From Nocardioidaceae bacterium (GTDB lineage: Bacteria; Actinomycetota; Actinomycetes; Propionibacteriales; Nocardioidaceae), in NCBI GenBank assembly GCA_035457605.1, contig DATIBI010000245.1:1-50921 (forward strand): DNA of 50,921 bases, given 5' to 3'. Below the pieces are notes generated by a model. It was given only the letters and a program-made list of their open reading frames with translations. It did no database searches and was not told the origin of the DNA. The translations under genes and the position numbers were made by a program. Below are positions 9,745 through 18,231 of this stretch, in pieces (the stretch's first letter is position 1; each line of letters opens with the position of its first letter).

Positions 9745-10365
9745 TCAGGCGTCCTCGCCCTGGGGCAGGTGCGCCTTCGCCTCGTCGTACCCACCGGTGG
9801 GGGACGACTCCGCCGGAGCGTAGACCGCGTGTACGACGCCGGTGGCGAAGGTCTCGGAGGAGAGCAGCCGCAAAGGGACGGGGGAGTCGTCCTCCTCGAA
9901 CAGGCGCATGCCCTTGCGGACCGCGATCGGGTGCACCAGCAGGTGCAGCTCGTCGAGCAGCCCAGCGGCCAGCAGCTGACGAACGACCGAGATCGATCCG
10001 CTCATGGCGATGTCTGTGGCACCCGGCTCGTTCTTCAGCGTGGTGACCGCGTCGACGAGGTCGCCATCGAGCTGCTCGGAGTTGCGCCAGGTGAACTGGA
10101 GCTCCTGGTTCGACACGACGATCTTGCGCGCGTCGCCGAGCTGCTTGGCGAAGTCGGCGTCCTCGCCCCCGGCGGCCTCGCGGTCCGGCCACGCGCCGGC
10201 GAAGCTGTCGTACGTCTTGCGGCCGAGCAACAGCGTGTCGGCACTGCCAAGCTGGGCGTCGACGGCCGCGCCCATCTCGTCGTTGAAGTACGGGAAGTGC
10301 CAGTCGCCGGGGTCCTCGACGACGCCGTCGAGCGAGATGAACAGACCGGCCGTGATCTTCCGCAT
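9745..10365 (-). CDS. dihydrofolate reductase/RibD C-terminal family protein
   Basis: SLDGVVE, LLLGRKTY, GSISVVRQLLAAGLLDELHLLVHP motifs. Confidence 0.9.
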   Translation of the reverse strand: MRKITAGLFISLDGVVEDPGDWHFPYFNDEMGAAVDAQLGSADTLLLGRKTYDSFAGAWPDREAAGGEDADFAKQLGDARKIVVSNQELQFTWRNSEQLDGDLVDAVTTLKNEPGATDIAMSGSISVVRQLLAAGLLDELHLLVHPIAVRKGMRLFEEDDSPVPLRLLSSETFATGVVHAVYAPAESSPTGGYDEAKAHLPQGEDA

Positions 10366-10568
10366 CGAGCTACTCCCTTGATGATCGAGCTGGGTGTTGT
10401 GTCGTCGAGGTTGACCGCGGCCGACGCGGAAACTCATCGGGGACGGTCCGTCGTAGGCGGCCAACGCCAAGGCCGCCAAGACCTTCGGCCACGTCTCGAA
10501 CCCTGGCGCACGTGGCGCGAGACTGTCCAGAGGTACGGCGCGGCTCCGTCGGCCTCTATCCTTGCCCG

Positions 10569-11174
10569 GTGCTGCGCTGCGACATAACGGACCTTGCCCC
10601 CCACGAGTGCGCCCACTGCCAGGCGGGAGACAAGGGTTCCTCGGCGTCTGTGGGACGTCGCGCGCCGGTCAGCGCCAAAGCCGGTCGCAGCAGCCGGGAG
10701 CGAGCGCGGCCGCGAACCCGCCAGCGCCCGGCTGACATGCCCGCGCTTCCAGGGGCGCTCGAGGTCTACACCGACGGAGCCTGCTCGGGGAATCCAGGCC
10801 CGGGCGGATGGGCGTGGGTCGTGGACGACGGGCGGCAGGCTTCGGGGTCGGAGCCGGTGTCGACCAACCAGCGGATGGAGATCCGCGCCGCGCTGGAGGC
10901 GGTCCGTTCGCTGTCCGGTCCTCTGGTCGTCGTCAGCGACTCCACCTACGTCGTGAACTGCTTCCGGGACGGCTGGTGGCGCCGTTGGCGCACCCGCGGC
11001 TGGGTCACCACGGCGAACAAGCCGGTGGCCAACCGCGACCTGTGGGAGCCGCTCGTCGACCTCGTCGACACGCGGGGCGACGTCGCGTTCCGGTGGGTCA
11101 AGGGCCACTCCGGCAACCGCCTCAACGACCTGGCGGACGAGCTGGCCGTCAAGGCGGGCATCAACCAGGGCTGA
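10569..11174 (+). CDS. rnhA: ribonuclease HI, probably with an N-terminal Cys-rich extension
   Basis: [41 protein letters not shown] motifs. Start placed at GTG 10569 (alternative ATG 10737). Confidence 0.9.
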   Translation: MLRCDITDLAPHECAHCQAGDKGSSASVGRRAPVSAKAGRSSRERARPRTRQRPADMPALPGALEVYTDGACSGNPGPGGWAWVVDDGRQASGSEPVSTNQRMEIRAALEAVRSLSGPLVVVSDSTYVVNCFRDGWWRRWRTRGWVTTANKPVANRDLWEPLVDLVDTRGDVAFRWVKGHSGNRLNDLADELAVKAGINQG

Positions 11175-11251
11175 ACGCCGGAACCGCGTGCGAGGGCGTC
11201 GGGCCGATCGACGTGGGCCCGGCACTCCCGATCCCACTAGACTCGCGGCGA

Positions 11252-11303
11252 TGGCGGTGGGGCTCGCCGACAACCGCAGCGACAGCTGCCAACAGTCCCT
11301 ACC
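11252..11303 (+). ncRNA. fluoride (crcB) riboswitch
   Basis: GGCGGTGGGGCTCGCC..AACCGC..GC..AGTCCCTAC fits the crcB-motif architecture (P1 GGCG/CGCC; pseudoknot GGGGCU/AGUCCC). Lies after a TAGACT -10 (11238-11243) and directly upstream of crcB. Confidence 0.8.
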
Positions 11304-11336
11304 TTGCGGTGCAGGACGGCAACGGTAGGAGGACCC

Positions 11337-11852
11337 GTGTCCGGAGCACGCTCGCCCGACCGGTCCGAGGTCGAGGCCGTCGACCCGGACGTCGACCTGC
11401 ACGTGCCCGCGCAGCGTCGGGAGTGGACCGCTCACCGCTGGGTGCTTCCGGTCATCGCCCTGGGTGGGATGGCGGGCGCGTGCGCGCGGTACGCCCTCGA
11501 GCTGTGGCTGCCGGCCGGCGACGGGGGGATGCCGTGGGCGACCTTCCTGACGAACATCTCGGGGTGCTTCCTGATCGGCGTGCTGATGGTGCACGTGGTC
11601 GAGGCCGGCGGGGCCCACCCACTGGTCCGGCCGTTCCTGGGGGTCGGCCTGCTCGGTGGGTACACCACCTTCTCGACGTACGCGGTGCAGACCACGACCC
11701 TGCTCGTCGACCGGCAGGCGTACCTGGCCTTCACCTACCTGTTCGGCACCCTGCTCGCGGCGATGGTCGCCGTCGTCCTGGGTGTCTACGTCGCGCGCGG
11801 GGTGCTGCTCCTGCGCCGCCGGCTTTCCCGCCACCGGAGGGGCTCACGATGA
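11337..11852 (+). CDS. crcB: fluoride efflux channel Fluc/CrcB
   Basis: [41 protein letters not shown]. Confidence 0.93.
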   Translation: MSGARSPDRSEVEAVDPDVDLHVPAQRREWTAHRWVLPVIALGGMAGACARYALELWLPAGDGGMPWATFLTNISGCFLIGVLMVHVVEAGGAHPLVRPFLGVGLLGGYTTFSTYAVQTTTLLVDRQAYLAFTYLFGTLLAAMVAVVLGVYVARGVLLLRRRLSRHRRGSR

Positions 11853-12196
11853 CACTGCAGGGGACCGCACGCCGTCTCACCGTCTACCTCGGTGAGGGCG
11901 ACACCTGGCACCACAAGCCGCTCTACACGGAGATCGTGCACCGCGCGCACAAGGCCGGCCTGGCGGGAGCCAGCGTGCTCCGCGGCATCGAAGGGTTCGG
12001 GGCGAGCTCGAGCCGCGTCCACACGAGCCGGATCCTCTCGCTGTCGGAGGACCTGCCGGTCGTGGTCGTGATCGTCGACACCGCGGAGAAGATCGCCGCG
12101 TTCCTGCCGCAGGTCGAGGAGATCGTGGGCGAAGGCCTCGTCACCCTCGACGACGTCGAGGTCGCCGTACACCGGCACCGGAAGCCCGGCTCGTGA
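11849..12196 (+). CDS. DUF190 (PII-like) protein
   Basis: [41 protein letters not shown] overlap with crcB. Confidence 0.92.
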   Translation: MTLQGTARRLTVYLGEGDTWHHKPLYTEIVHRAHKAGLAGASVLRGIEGFGASSSRVHTSRILSLSEDLPVVVVIVDTAEKIAAFLPQVEEIVGEGLVTLDDVEVAVHRHRKPGS

Positions 12197-12564
12197 CCGA
12201 CCTCGCGTTCGTGTGCCTGGGCGCGGCGCTCGGCGCCCCGCTGCGGTACCTCGTCGACCGGGCGATCCAGGCGCGCCACGACTCGCTGCTGCCCTGGGGG
12301 ACCCTGAGCGTGAACCTGGTCGGGTCCCTCGTGCTGGGGGTCCTGGTCGGCCTGGGGGTCGGTCACGATGTCCCCGAACCGGTCTCCCTCGCCGTCGGCA
12401 CGGGACTGTGCGGGGCGCTGACCACCTACAGCACCTTCAGCTACGAGACCCTGCGCCTCTACGAGGACGGGGCCCGCCTGTTCGCGTTCGCGAACGTGAC
12501 GGTCAGCCTCACCCTCGGGCTGGGCGCGGGGGTGCTCGGCTACGTGCTCGGGTCCGCGCTCTGA
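12193..12564 (+). CDS. crcB: second fluoride efflux channel subunit Fluc/CrcB
   Basis: [38 protein letters not shown] overlap. Confidence 0.93.
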   Translation: MTDLAFVCLGAALGAPLRYLVDRAIQARHDSLLPWGTLSVNLVGSLVLGVLVGLGVGHDVPEPVSLAVGTGLCGALTTYSTFSYETLRLYEDGARLFAFANVTVSLTLGLGAGVLGYVLGSAL

Positions 12565-12702
12565 CTGGTCGGGAGAGGCGGTCGGCGCGGGGTCGCCCGT
12601 TCTCGCTATGGCGCCGGCCGCGCCGGAGGAGTTGACTGGTGAGGTTACCCGGACGGCCCTGTCCCGGGTCGCCCGGCCACCGCGACCTTCAGGAGGTGCA
12701 AC

Positions 12703-13146
12703 ATGGGGCAGCCACGTGAGCTGATGGACCGGGCAACCGAGGCGGTCGTCTCGGGGAACCTGGACGCGCTGAGGGAGATCTACTCACCCGACGTCGCCGC
12801 GTCCACGCCGGACGCCGGGACCGTGCACGGGATCGAGGCCTTCATCGAGTGGAACCGGGGCTTCGTCGACGCGTTCTCCGACCGGGCCTACCTTCCGGAC
12901 CGGGCGTTCGAGACCGAGGACTGCGCGATCGACCAGGGCTACTTCCGCGGGACGCACACCAAGCCGTTGCAGCTGGCCGAGGGACAGAGCGTCCCTCCCA
13001 CCGGCAAGCAGATCCGGCTGCGCGCGATGGACGTGGCCACGGTCGCCGACGGCAAGATCGTGCGTCACGACTTCTACTACGACACGCTGGACATGCTCAC
13101 CCAGCTCGGGTTGATGGAGGCCGCCGCCCCGACGACCACGACCTGA
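12703..13146 (+). CDS. SnoaL-like ester cyclase family protein
   Basis: AFSD, FRGTH..P, PPTGKQI, DGKIV motifs. AGGAGG RBS. Confidence 0.88.
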   Translation: MGQPRELMDRATEAVVSGNLDALREIYSPDVAASTPDAGTVHGIEAFIEWNRGFVDAFSDRAYLPDRAFETEDCAIDQGYFRGTHTKPLQLAEGQSVPPTGKQIRLRAMDVATVADGKIVRHDFYYDTLDMLTQLGLMEAAAPTTTT

Positions 13147-13217
13147 CCCCGCTCAGGCCCGAAGGGCTGCCCTCGTCTCGCGCAGGCCGTCTCGACAGGC
13201 CGCGTCGACGGGCCGGG

Positions 13218-14009
13218 TCAGCGACGCGGCGTCTGCGCACAGGCATCGGCCGTGCGCTCCCCGTCGAAGTCCGCCGCCCGGTCGAAGTCCGCGGCCTGGT
13301 CGAGGGAGGCTGATGGCGGCGGGCAGGAGAGGCGCGTCGACACGCGAGTGCCGGGTCCGGCCGCCTCCCGGGGATCCTGGTGCCGGTGCGGGCGCCGCCG
13401 ATCCGCGCGGTCGTGCTCCGCCTGTCCGTCGCGACGCTTCGCGGCCGCCTGGCTCGAGGCAGCGGCCGTCTGGTCCGCGCCCTTGTCGGAGGCGCTGTCC
13501 GCCTTCCCGCGTCCGAGGGCGTCCTGCCGCCGTGGCGCGTCGGTCGTGTCGGTCTCATCGAGCGGCGAGGAGTCGGCTCGTGTGCGTCCTTCGGTGCCGG
13601 CGTCCACGCTGTCGGTGTCGCTGCCGGTACCCCCGTCGCCGGCACCGGAGCGTGAGACCTCGGCGGACCCGGTCTGCTGGTCGTTCGCCGGTCCCTCGAC
13701 CCCGAACCGGGCCAGCAGGTCGTGCAGCGCGCCCTCGGCCGGAAGGGGCAGGGCTCCGGTGGCCGACGCCGCGACGCCCCCGGTGAGCAGGAGGCCGGCG
13801 CTCACGGTCACAACCGCGAGGACCCTTCGCCCGCGCGCCGGACGGCGTCGCGACCGCCGGGTGAGCGCGGCCGCACGAAAGGCGGTCAGGGCCTCCGCCT
13901 CCCCTGGCTGCGGCCCCGGCTCGGTCGGTGCGGCCGCGGCAGCCAACAACGCCTCGACACGGCGGTCGTGCCGCCGCTCGTGCGTGTTGGGCCTCAGCTC
14001 GTTCACCAT
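13218..14009 (-). CDS. putative membrane anti-sigma-type partner of the adjacent ECF sigma
   Basis: Starts 6 nt after the sigma stop. LLAAAAAP..GEAEALTAFR helix, one TM (GGVAASATGALP), low-complexity tail. Confidence 0.65.
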   Translation of the reverse strand: MVNELRPNTHERRHDRRVEALLAAAAAPTEPGPQPGEAEALTAFRAAALTRRSRRRPARGRRVLAVVTVSAGLLLTGGVAASATGALPLPAEGALHDLLARFGVEGPANDQQTGSAEVSRSGAGDGGTGSDTDSVDAGTEGRTRADSSPLDETDTTDAPRRQDALGRGKADSASDKGADQTAAASSQAAAKRRDGQAEHDRADRRRPHRHQDPREAAGPGTRVSTRLSCPPPSASLDQAADFDRAADFDGERTADACAQTPRR

Positions 14010-14015
14010 CTCACC

Positions 14016-14600
14016 TCAGTTATCGATCATCTCGTCCAGCGCGTTACACGCGTCGGCTGTCGCGCCGGCACTCAAGATCGCGGCGAGACGCTTCAGGCCC
14101 CGGTGCGCCGCCACCCGGACCGTACCGGGCCGTTTGCCGAGCACCTGCGCGGTGTGGGCTACGTCGAGGCCCGCGACGTGCCGCAGCAGCACGACCTCCG
14201 CCTGCTCCCGGGGCAGCCGCCCGATCAGCGCGAGGGCCCTCTCCGTGCTGAACATGACCTCGACGCAGGCGGCCACGTCGATGCCGTCCGGCTGGGACTC
14301 CAGGAGCTCCTCCACGTCCACGGGGGTGGGCAGTCTGCTGGCCTGCCGCTGGGCGTCGATCAGCCGCGCCCGGGCGATCGTGAACACCCAGGCACGCCAG
14401 CCGGCCTCGTCGCCGCTGAACCGGTGCAACCCGCGAACCACACTGACCCACGTCTCTCCAGCCGCGTCCTCGGCCACGTGGCGGTCGAGGGTGCGGAGAT
14501 AACGGAGTACGGCGGGCTGCACCGACCGGAACAGCTCCGCGAAGCTGTCCTCGTCACCCGCTTTGGCGGCGGCCAGCCGTCGCTCGAAGTCAGAGGTCAA
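14016..14600 (-). CDS. ECF RNA polymerase sigma factor
   Basis: AEDAAGETW, WVFTIAR (region 2); LPREQAEVV..GTVRVAAHRGL (region 4). TTG start after GGAGGG. Confidence 0.9.
   Translation of the reverse strand: MTSDFERRLAAAKAGDEDSFAELFRSVQPAVLRYLRTLDRHVAEDAAGETWVSVVRGLHRFSGDEAGWRAWVFTIARARLIDAQRQASRLPTPVDVEELLESQPDGIDVAACVEVMFSTERALALIGRLPREQAEVVLLRHVAGLDVAHTAQVLGKRPGTVRVAAHRGLKRLAAILSAGATADACNALDEMIDN
14022..14048 (-). promoter_or_regulatory. putative ECF promoter TGTAAC-N17-CGAT inside the sigma 3' end, facing the anti-sigma gene
   Basis: Same boxes and spacing as the element at 14704-14730. Confidence 0.6.
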
Positions 14601-14703
14601 CCTGCACCACCCCTCCAAGGCTCCCGGCAACAGCCCGAACCATGACACACGGCCGGCCCCACGACAGGGAAGGCACACCGGTCGTCCACCGGCCGGCGGC
14701 ACG

Positions 14704-14730
14704 TGTAACGGGACCGCGGTCCGGATCGAT
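14704..14730 (+). promoter_or_regulatory. putative ECF promoter TGTAAC-N17-CGAT
   Basis: Just upstream of ATG 14742, divergent from the sigma gene. Confidence 0.6.
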
Positions 14731-14741
14731 GTAGAAGCAGG

Positions 14742-15140
14742 ATGGGAGCGGAATCCCACCCCGAATCGGCGGAGGGCTTGATGGATCTGGCGCTTGCGGC
14801 AGTCGCGGAGACGCTGGCATACGAGTTCGGACACCTGCAGGGCGCCGCGGTGGTCCGCGTGCTCACCGACTGTGCGGACGACTTCCCCTACGACGGTCCG
14901 CACTTCATCGAGCAGGCGGCGAGGGCGCGGCTCTCGCGTCTCGAGCAGCCGCAGGCGGGGTGGTACTCGGTGCCCGTACGTTGTTCTCTCGATGTGTCCC
15001 TGCACGACGACGACCTGGCCGACGAGGTCGAGCTGACCGCCCGGCTGATGGTCGCGGCCAACGAGGTGGAGCACGCGCTCGCGCAGGAGGAGGTCGACGC
15101 CATCCTCGGCGTGCAGTCGCTGCTCCTGACGTCCCCCTGA
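14742..15140 (+). CDS. hypothetical helical protein (three-helix-bundle-like N-terminus)
   Basis: GC3-rich ORF. LAYEF..VVRVL..HFIEQAARARL followed by an acidic helical C-domain. Confidence 0.65.
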   Translation: MGAESHPESAEGLMDLALAAVAETLAYEFGHLQGAAVVRVLTDCADDFPYDGPHFIEQAARARLSRLEQPQAGWYSVPVRCSLDVSLHDDDLADEVELTARLMVAANEVEHALAQEEVDAILGVQSLLLTSP

Positions 15141-15314
15141 CGTCGCCGTGACCCGGGTCCTGTTCGTCCGGCCTCCCGCATGAGTCGGTCAAATTCCATG
15201 CATGCCCGCAAATTTTGCGATTCGTATGCAACCTGGCGAGGATCCGCTGCGTCTACCGTGTGATCGGGCTCACTCAGCGGGAGTGGGCCTTTGTATGCCA
15301 CGGGGGGTCATGTC

Positions 15315-16664
15315 ATGGGTTTGTCGAGCCTTGGTGCGTCCGGAGTCGCGCGTCGGAGCCTGCTGGTCGGTGGAGTCGGGGGACTCACGGCACTCGCCCT
15401 CGGTGGTGGACAGGCGGTCGCTGCTTCGTCGAGCACGGGCACGCCGGCTCCGGGGGACGTCTCGGCCGAGTGCGCGCACGCCTGGATGGCGACGATCTAC
15501 GACGTGGTCTGGCCCGAAGGGCTGACCCCGACCAACGCGGCACGGGTCTACGCCTACTGCGCGATCGCGATGTACGAAGCCGTCGCTCCCGTCGCCGACC
15601 TGCGTTCGTTGGCGGGCCAGGTCACCGGCCTGGGGTCGCTGCCCAAGCCGCCGCCGGGCAGGGTCGACCTGCCGTGCGCGCTCTCGGCGAGCGTCGCGGC
15701 GGTCGCCGGCGTCTTGTTCTCCGGTGCCGCGGACACCTCCAAGGGGCTGCTGTCCCGCCAGCTCGACTCCCAGGTCGCCGCCCGCCGCGCGGCAGGGGTC
15801 CCGGCCGGCGTGGTCAAGGCCTCGCTCGCCCACGGCAGGAGGGTCGGCGAGGCGCTGACCACCTGGATCGCCGGCGACGGCTACGCGTCGATCGTCGGTC
15901 GCGCCTACACCCCGCCCGTCGGCCCGGACAAGTGGGAGCCCACCCCGCCGAACTACGGACGGGCGATCGAGCCCTACTGGTCCGAGATCCGCCCGATGGT
16001 GCTGCGTGACGCCGGGGAGGTCCAGCCGCAGGCCCATGTCCCGTTCTCGGACGTCGCGCACTCCGACTTCTGGGAGCAGGCCGACCTCACCTACCAGACG
16101 GGCCTGGCGCTCACCGACGAGCAGCGGTCGATCGCCCGGTTCTGGACCGACAACCCGCTGCTGTCCGGACTGCCCTCGGGGCACTGGATGCTCGCCGTGC
16201 TCCAGTTCTCGCGTCAACAGGGCCTGACCCTGCCGGCCGTCCTCGAGGCGTACGCCAGGCTCGGGGTCACGTTGTACGACGCGTTCCTCAACTGCTGGAC
16301 GTGGAAGTACCGGTTCAACCTGCTGCGGCCGGTCACCTACGTGCGCAGGTACATCGACCCGACCTGGAACACCTTCGTCAACACCCCGCAGTTCCCGGAG
16401 TACACCTCCGGCCACTCGGTGGCCTCGCGCGCGGCGAGCACCGTCCTCACCGAGCTGCTGGGCAGTGTTCCGTACCTCGACGACAGCCACGCTCCGCGGA
16501 ACATGCCGGCTCGTTCGTTCAGCTCCTTCACCCACGCCGCCGACGAAGCGGCCCAGTCGAGGCTCTACGGCGGCATCCACTACTCGATGGGGATCGAGCT
16601 CGGAAAGCTCCAGGGAGACGCCGTCGGCGCCCTGGTCCTGGATCGGCTGCAGACGCGCCGCTGA
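15315..16664 (+). CDS. Tat-exported vanadium-dependent haloperoxidase/PAP2-family enzyme
   Basis: ARRSLL Tat motif plus AVA cleavage site; KYRFNLLRP, PEYTSGHS and SRLYGGIHY active-site motifs. Confidence 0.88.
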   Translation: MGLSSLGASGVARRSLLVGGVGGLTALALGGGQAVAASSSTGTPAPGDVSAECAHAWMATIYDVVWPEGLTPTNAARVYAYCAIAMYEAVAPVADLRSLAGQVTGLGSLPKPPPGRVDLPCALSASVAAVAGVLFSGAADTSKGLLSRQLDSQVAARRAAGVPAGVVKASLAHGRRVGEALTTWIAGDGYASIVGRAYTPPVGPDKWEPTPPNYGRAIEPYWSEIRPMVLRDAGEVQPQAHVPFSDVAHSDFWEQADLTYQTGLALTDEQRSIARFWTDNPLLSGLPSGHWMLAVLQFSRQQGLTLPAVLEAYARLGVTLYDAFLNCWTWKYRFNLLRPVTYVRRYIDPTWNTFVNTPQFPEYTSGHSVASRAASTVLTELLGSVPYLDDSHAPRNMPARSFSSFTHAADEAAQSRLYGGIHYSMGIELGKLQGDAVGALVLDRLQTRR

Positions 16665-16697
16665 TCCACCACACCACACAACTAGGGGGAGTCCTCC

Positions 16698-17381
16698 ATG
16701 GCATCACGCAAGTTCATCTCGGCGGTCGCGCTGACCGTCGTACCCGTCGCCTCGCTGGCGATGACCCTGCCCGCGGAGGCGGCCAGCCGCTGGATGTACA
16801 AGTCGTCCGGGGAGAGCGCCAGCGCGGAGTGGGTCGAGTACGGCGAGCTGGCCGGCGTCGGGGGCAACGTGCACGTCGGCTACCTCGAGGCGGAGACCTC
16901 CTCCGACGGCGGTGAGGTCTGGGGCAAGGTCATCGACTACCAGTGCGACGAGGGCGAGACGCCCGGCGGCGGCGGGCACGGCGAGCACATCGCCGAGTAC
17001 GACGACGAGGAGCCCGAGCCCGAGCCCGAGTGCGACGTCATGTCCTACCGCTGGATGGAGGGCGGGGACGTCACGTTCGAGGTCGACAAGAAGCTCAACA
17101 CCGCCCGTCTCACCGGGACGCTGTGGGTCGACAACCACGGCTCCGCGGCCACCCCGCCGGTCGACATGACGTGGACCGGCACCGGTGACCTCTCCGAGAG
17201 CATCTGGTACGAGAAGTACTCCGAGGGCGGCTCGACCTACACCTACAAGTACGAGTCCACCAGCCGCGAGGCGCTCGTGAACGGCCGTATCGGTGCCATG
17301 GGCTTCACCGACGACGCCGACGACGAGTCGTGGGGCTCCATCCAGAGGACGAAGATGTTCGAGCGCGGCAGCAGCCGCTGA
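16698..17381 (+). CDS. secreted acidic beta-rich hypothetical protein
   Basis: Signal peptide ending AEA, GGGGAG RBS, two Cys, E/P-rich loop. Confidence 0.85.
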   Translation: MASRKFISAVALTVVPVASLAMTLPAEAASRWMYKSSGESASAEWVEYGELAGVGGNVHVGYLEAETSSDGGEVWGKVIDYQCDEGETPGGGGHGEHIAEYDDEEPEPEPECDVMSYRWMEGGDVTFEVDKKLNTARLTGTLWVDNHGSAATPPVDMTWTGTGDLSESIWYEKYSEGGSTYTYKYESTSREALVNGRIGAMGFTDDADDESWGSIQRTKMFERGSSR

Positions 17382-17400
17382 CGGCAGGCTCGCCTGCTGC

Positions 17401-17431
17401 GGGCGCCCCGACCCGGATGGGTGGGGCGCCC
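17401..17431. terminator. GC-rich hairpin terminator between convergent genes
   Basis: GGGCGCCCC-G-ACCC / GGGT-GGGGCGCCC inverted repeat. Confidence 0.7.
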
Positions 17432-17496
17432 TTCGCGTCCCCGCCTGACCGGGGCCCCGTGCCCCTGACGAGCAGCAGAGCGCCCTGCCGCGTGGG

Positions 17497-17739
17497 TCAC
17501 CCGGCCTCGGCCCGGTGGACCACGTCGTCGCCCTCGGTGAACAGCCGGATCCGGTCGTGCCGGAGGTCCGCGGTGACGAGCTCGTCCCCGGGTCGCACGA
17601 CCTCCACGACGTGACCTCGTCCGGTGACCATGTCCCGGGCGAAGTCGAGGGGCAGGCCGATCAGTGTGGGAGCGAGCATCTGCCCCTCCAGCAGCTGGGC
17701 CTCCAGCTGTGACCGGCTGACCTGGCTGTCCTCGCTCAT
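17497..17739 (-). CDS. peptidase inhibitor I78/potato-inhibitor-I-like small protein
   Basis: LIG...VVRPGDELVTADLRHDRIRL....VV...AG pattern. Confidence 0.7.
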   Translation of the reverse strand: MSEDSQVSRSQLEAQLLEGQMLAPTLIGLPLDFARDMVTGRGHVVEVVRPGDELVTADLRHDRIRLFTEGDDVVHRAEAG

Positions 17740-17837
17740 CAGGGATCCCTTCGTCGCCCCCTGGTCTCAGGGTAGGCCAGCGACGGTCGCGGAGGGCCGA
17801 GGATCAGACGGCCCGGGAGATCAGGGTGCCGCGAGAG

Positions 17838-17996
17838 TCAGGCGGCCTGCGCGACGACGGCCGTGCCGCAGCGCGGGCAGTGCGTGCCGGTGCAGACGTC
17901 AAGGTCCTGGCCGCAACCGCACACCGGGGGAGAGTTCCTCCAGGTCCTGGGTGCCACTGCCTGGATCGAGCTCCATGCGTGCTGCTCCGTGGTCAT
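17838..17996 (-). CDS. Cys-rich zinc-ribbon-like microprotein (52 aa)
   Basis: MTTEQHAW...CGCGQDLDVCTGTHCPRCG. AGGAAGG RBS and an upstream ECF-type promoter. Confidence 0.65.
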   Translation of the reverse strand: MTTEQHAWSSIQAVAPRTWRNSPPVCGCGQDLDVCTGTHCPRCGTAVVAQAA

Positions 17997-18078
17997 CGCT
18001 GTCACCGCCTTCCTGGTCCCGCTTCTTGTTCCTACTGACTTGTTCGCAGCTCCGAAGTCATCGGCCTGCTCCTCCTCA

Positions 18079-18105
18079 GTCCGAACCGGGCCGTGAGGCG
18101 TTACC
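18079..18105 (-). promoter_or_regulatory. putative ECF promoter GGTAAC-N17-GGAC
   Basis: Same motif as four sites at 36.4-43.5 kb. Confidence 0.55.
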
Positions 18106-18204
18106 ACGCTCGCGACAGGTCCAGACAGGCATGCTGCGGCTGGGTGCTCGACAGCTGCCACCCCCGACTCGCCGGACGGGGACGTGCCCGGCGCTACGCT
18201 GACC

Positions 18205-18217
18205 TGACACGTGTCAA
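18205..18217. promoter_or_regulatory. LacI-family operator TGACACGTGTCA(A)
   Basis: Perfect 12-bp palindrome with central CG just after a TACGCT -10. A near copy lies at 23801. Confidence 0.75.
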
Positions 18218-18231
18218 CCAAGGGGATCAGC

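Noticed and set aside
13263-13298. 18-bp tandem duplication (AADFD twice)
   Set aside because: It lies in a low-complexity tail with no functional signal.
15315-17996. Halogenated natural-product or RiPP cluster built on the haloperoxidase and the Cys-rich peptide
   Set aside because: No PKS, NRPS, prenyltransferase, radical SAM, YcaO or exporter genes. The peptide looks like a zinc ribbon.
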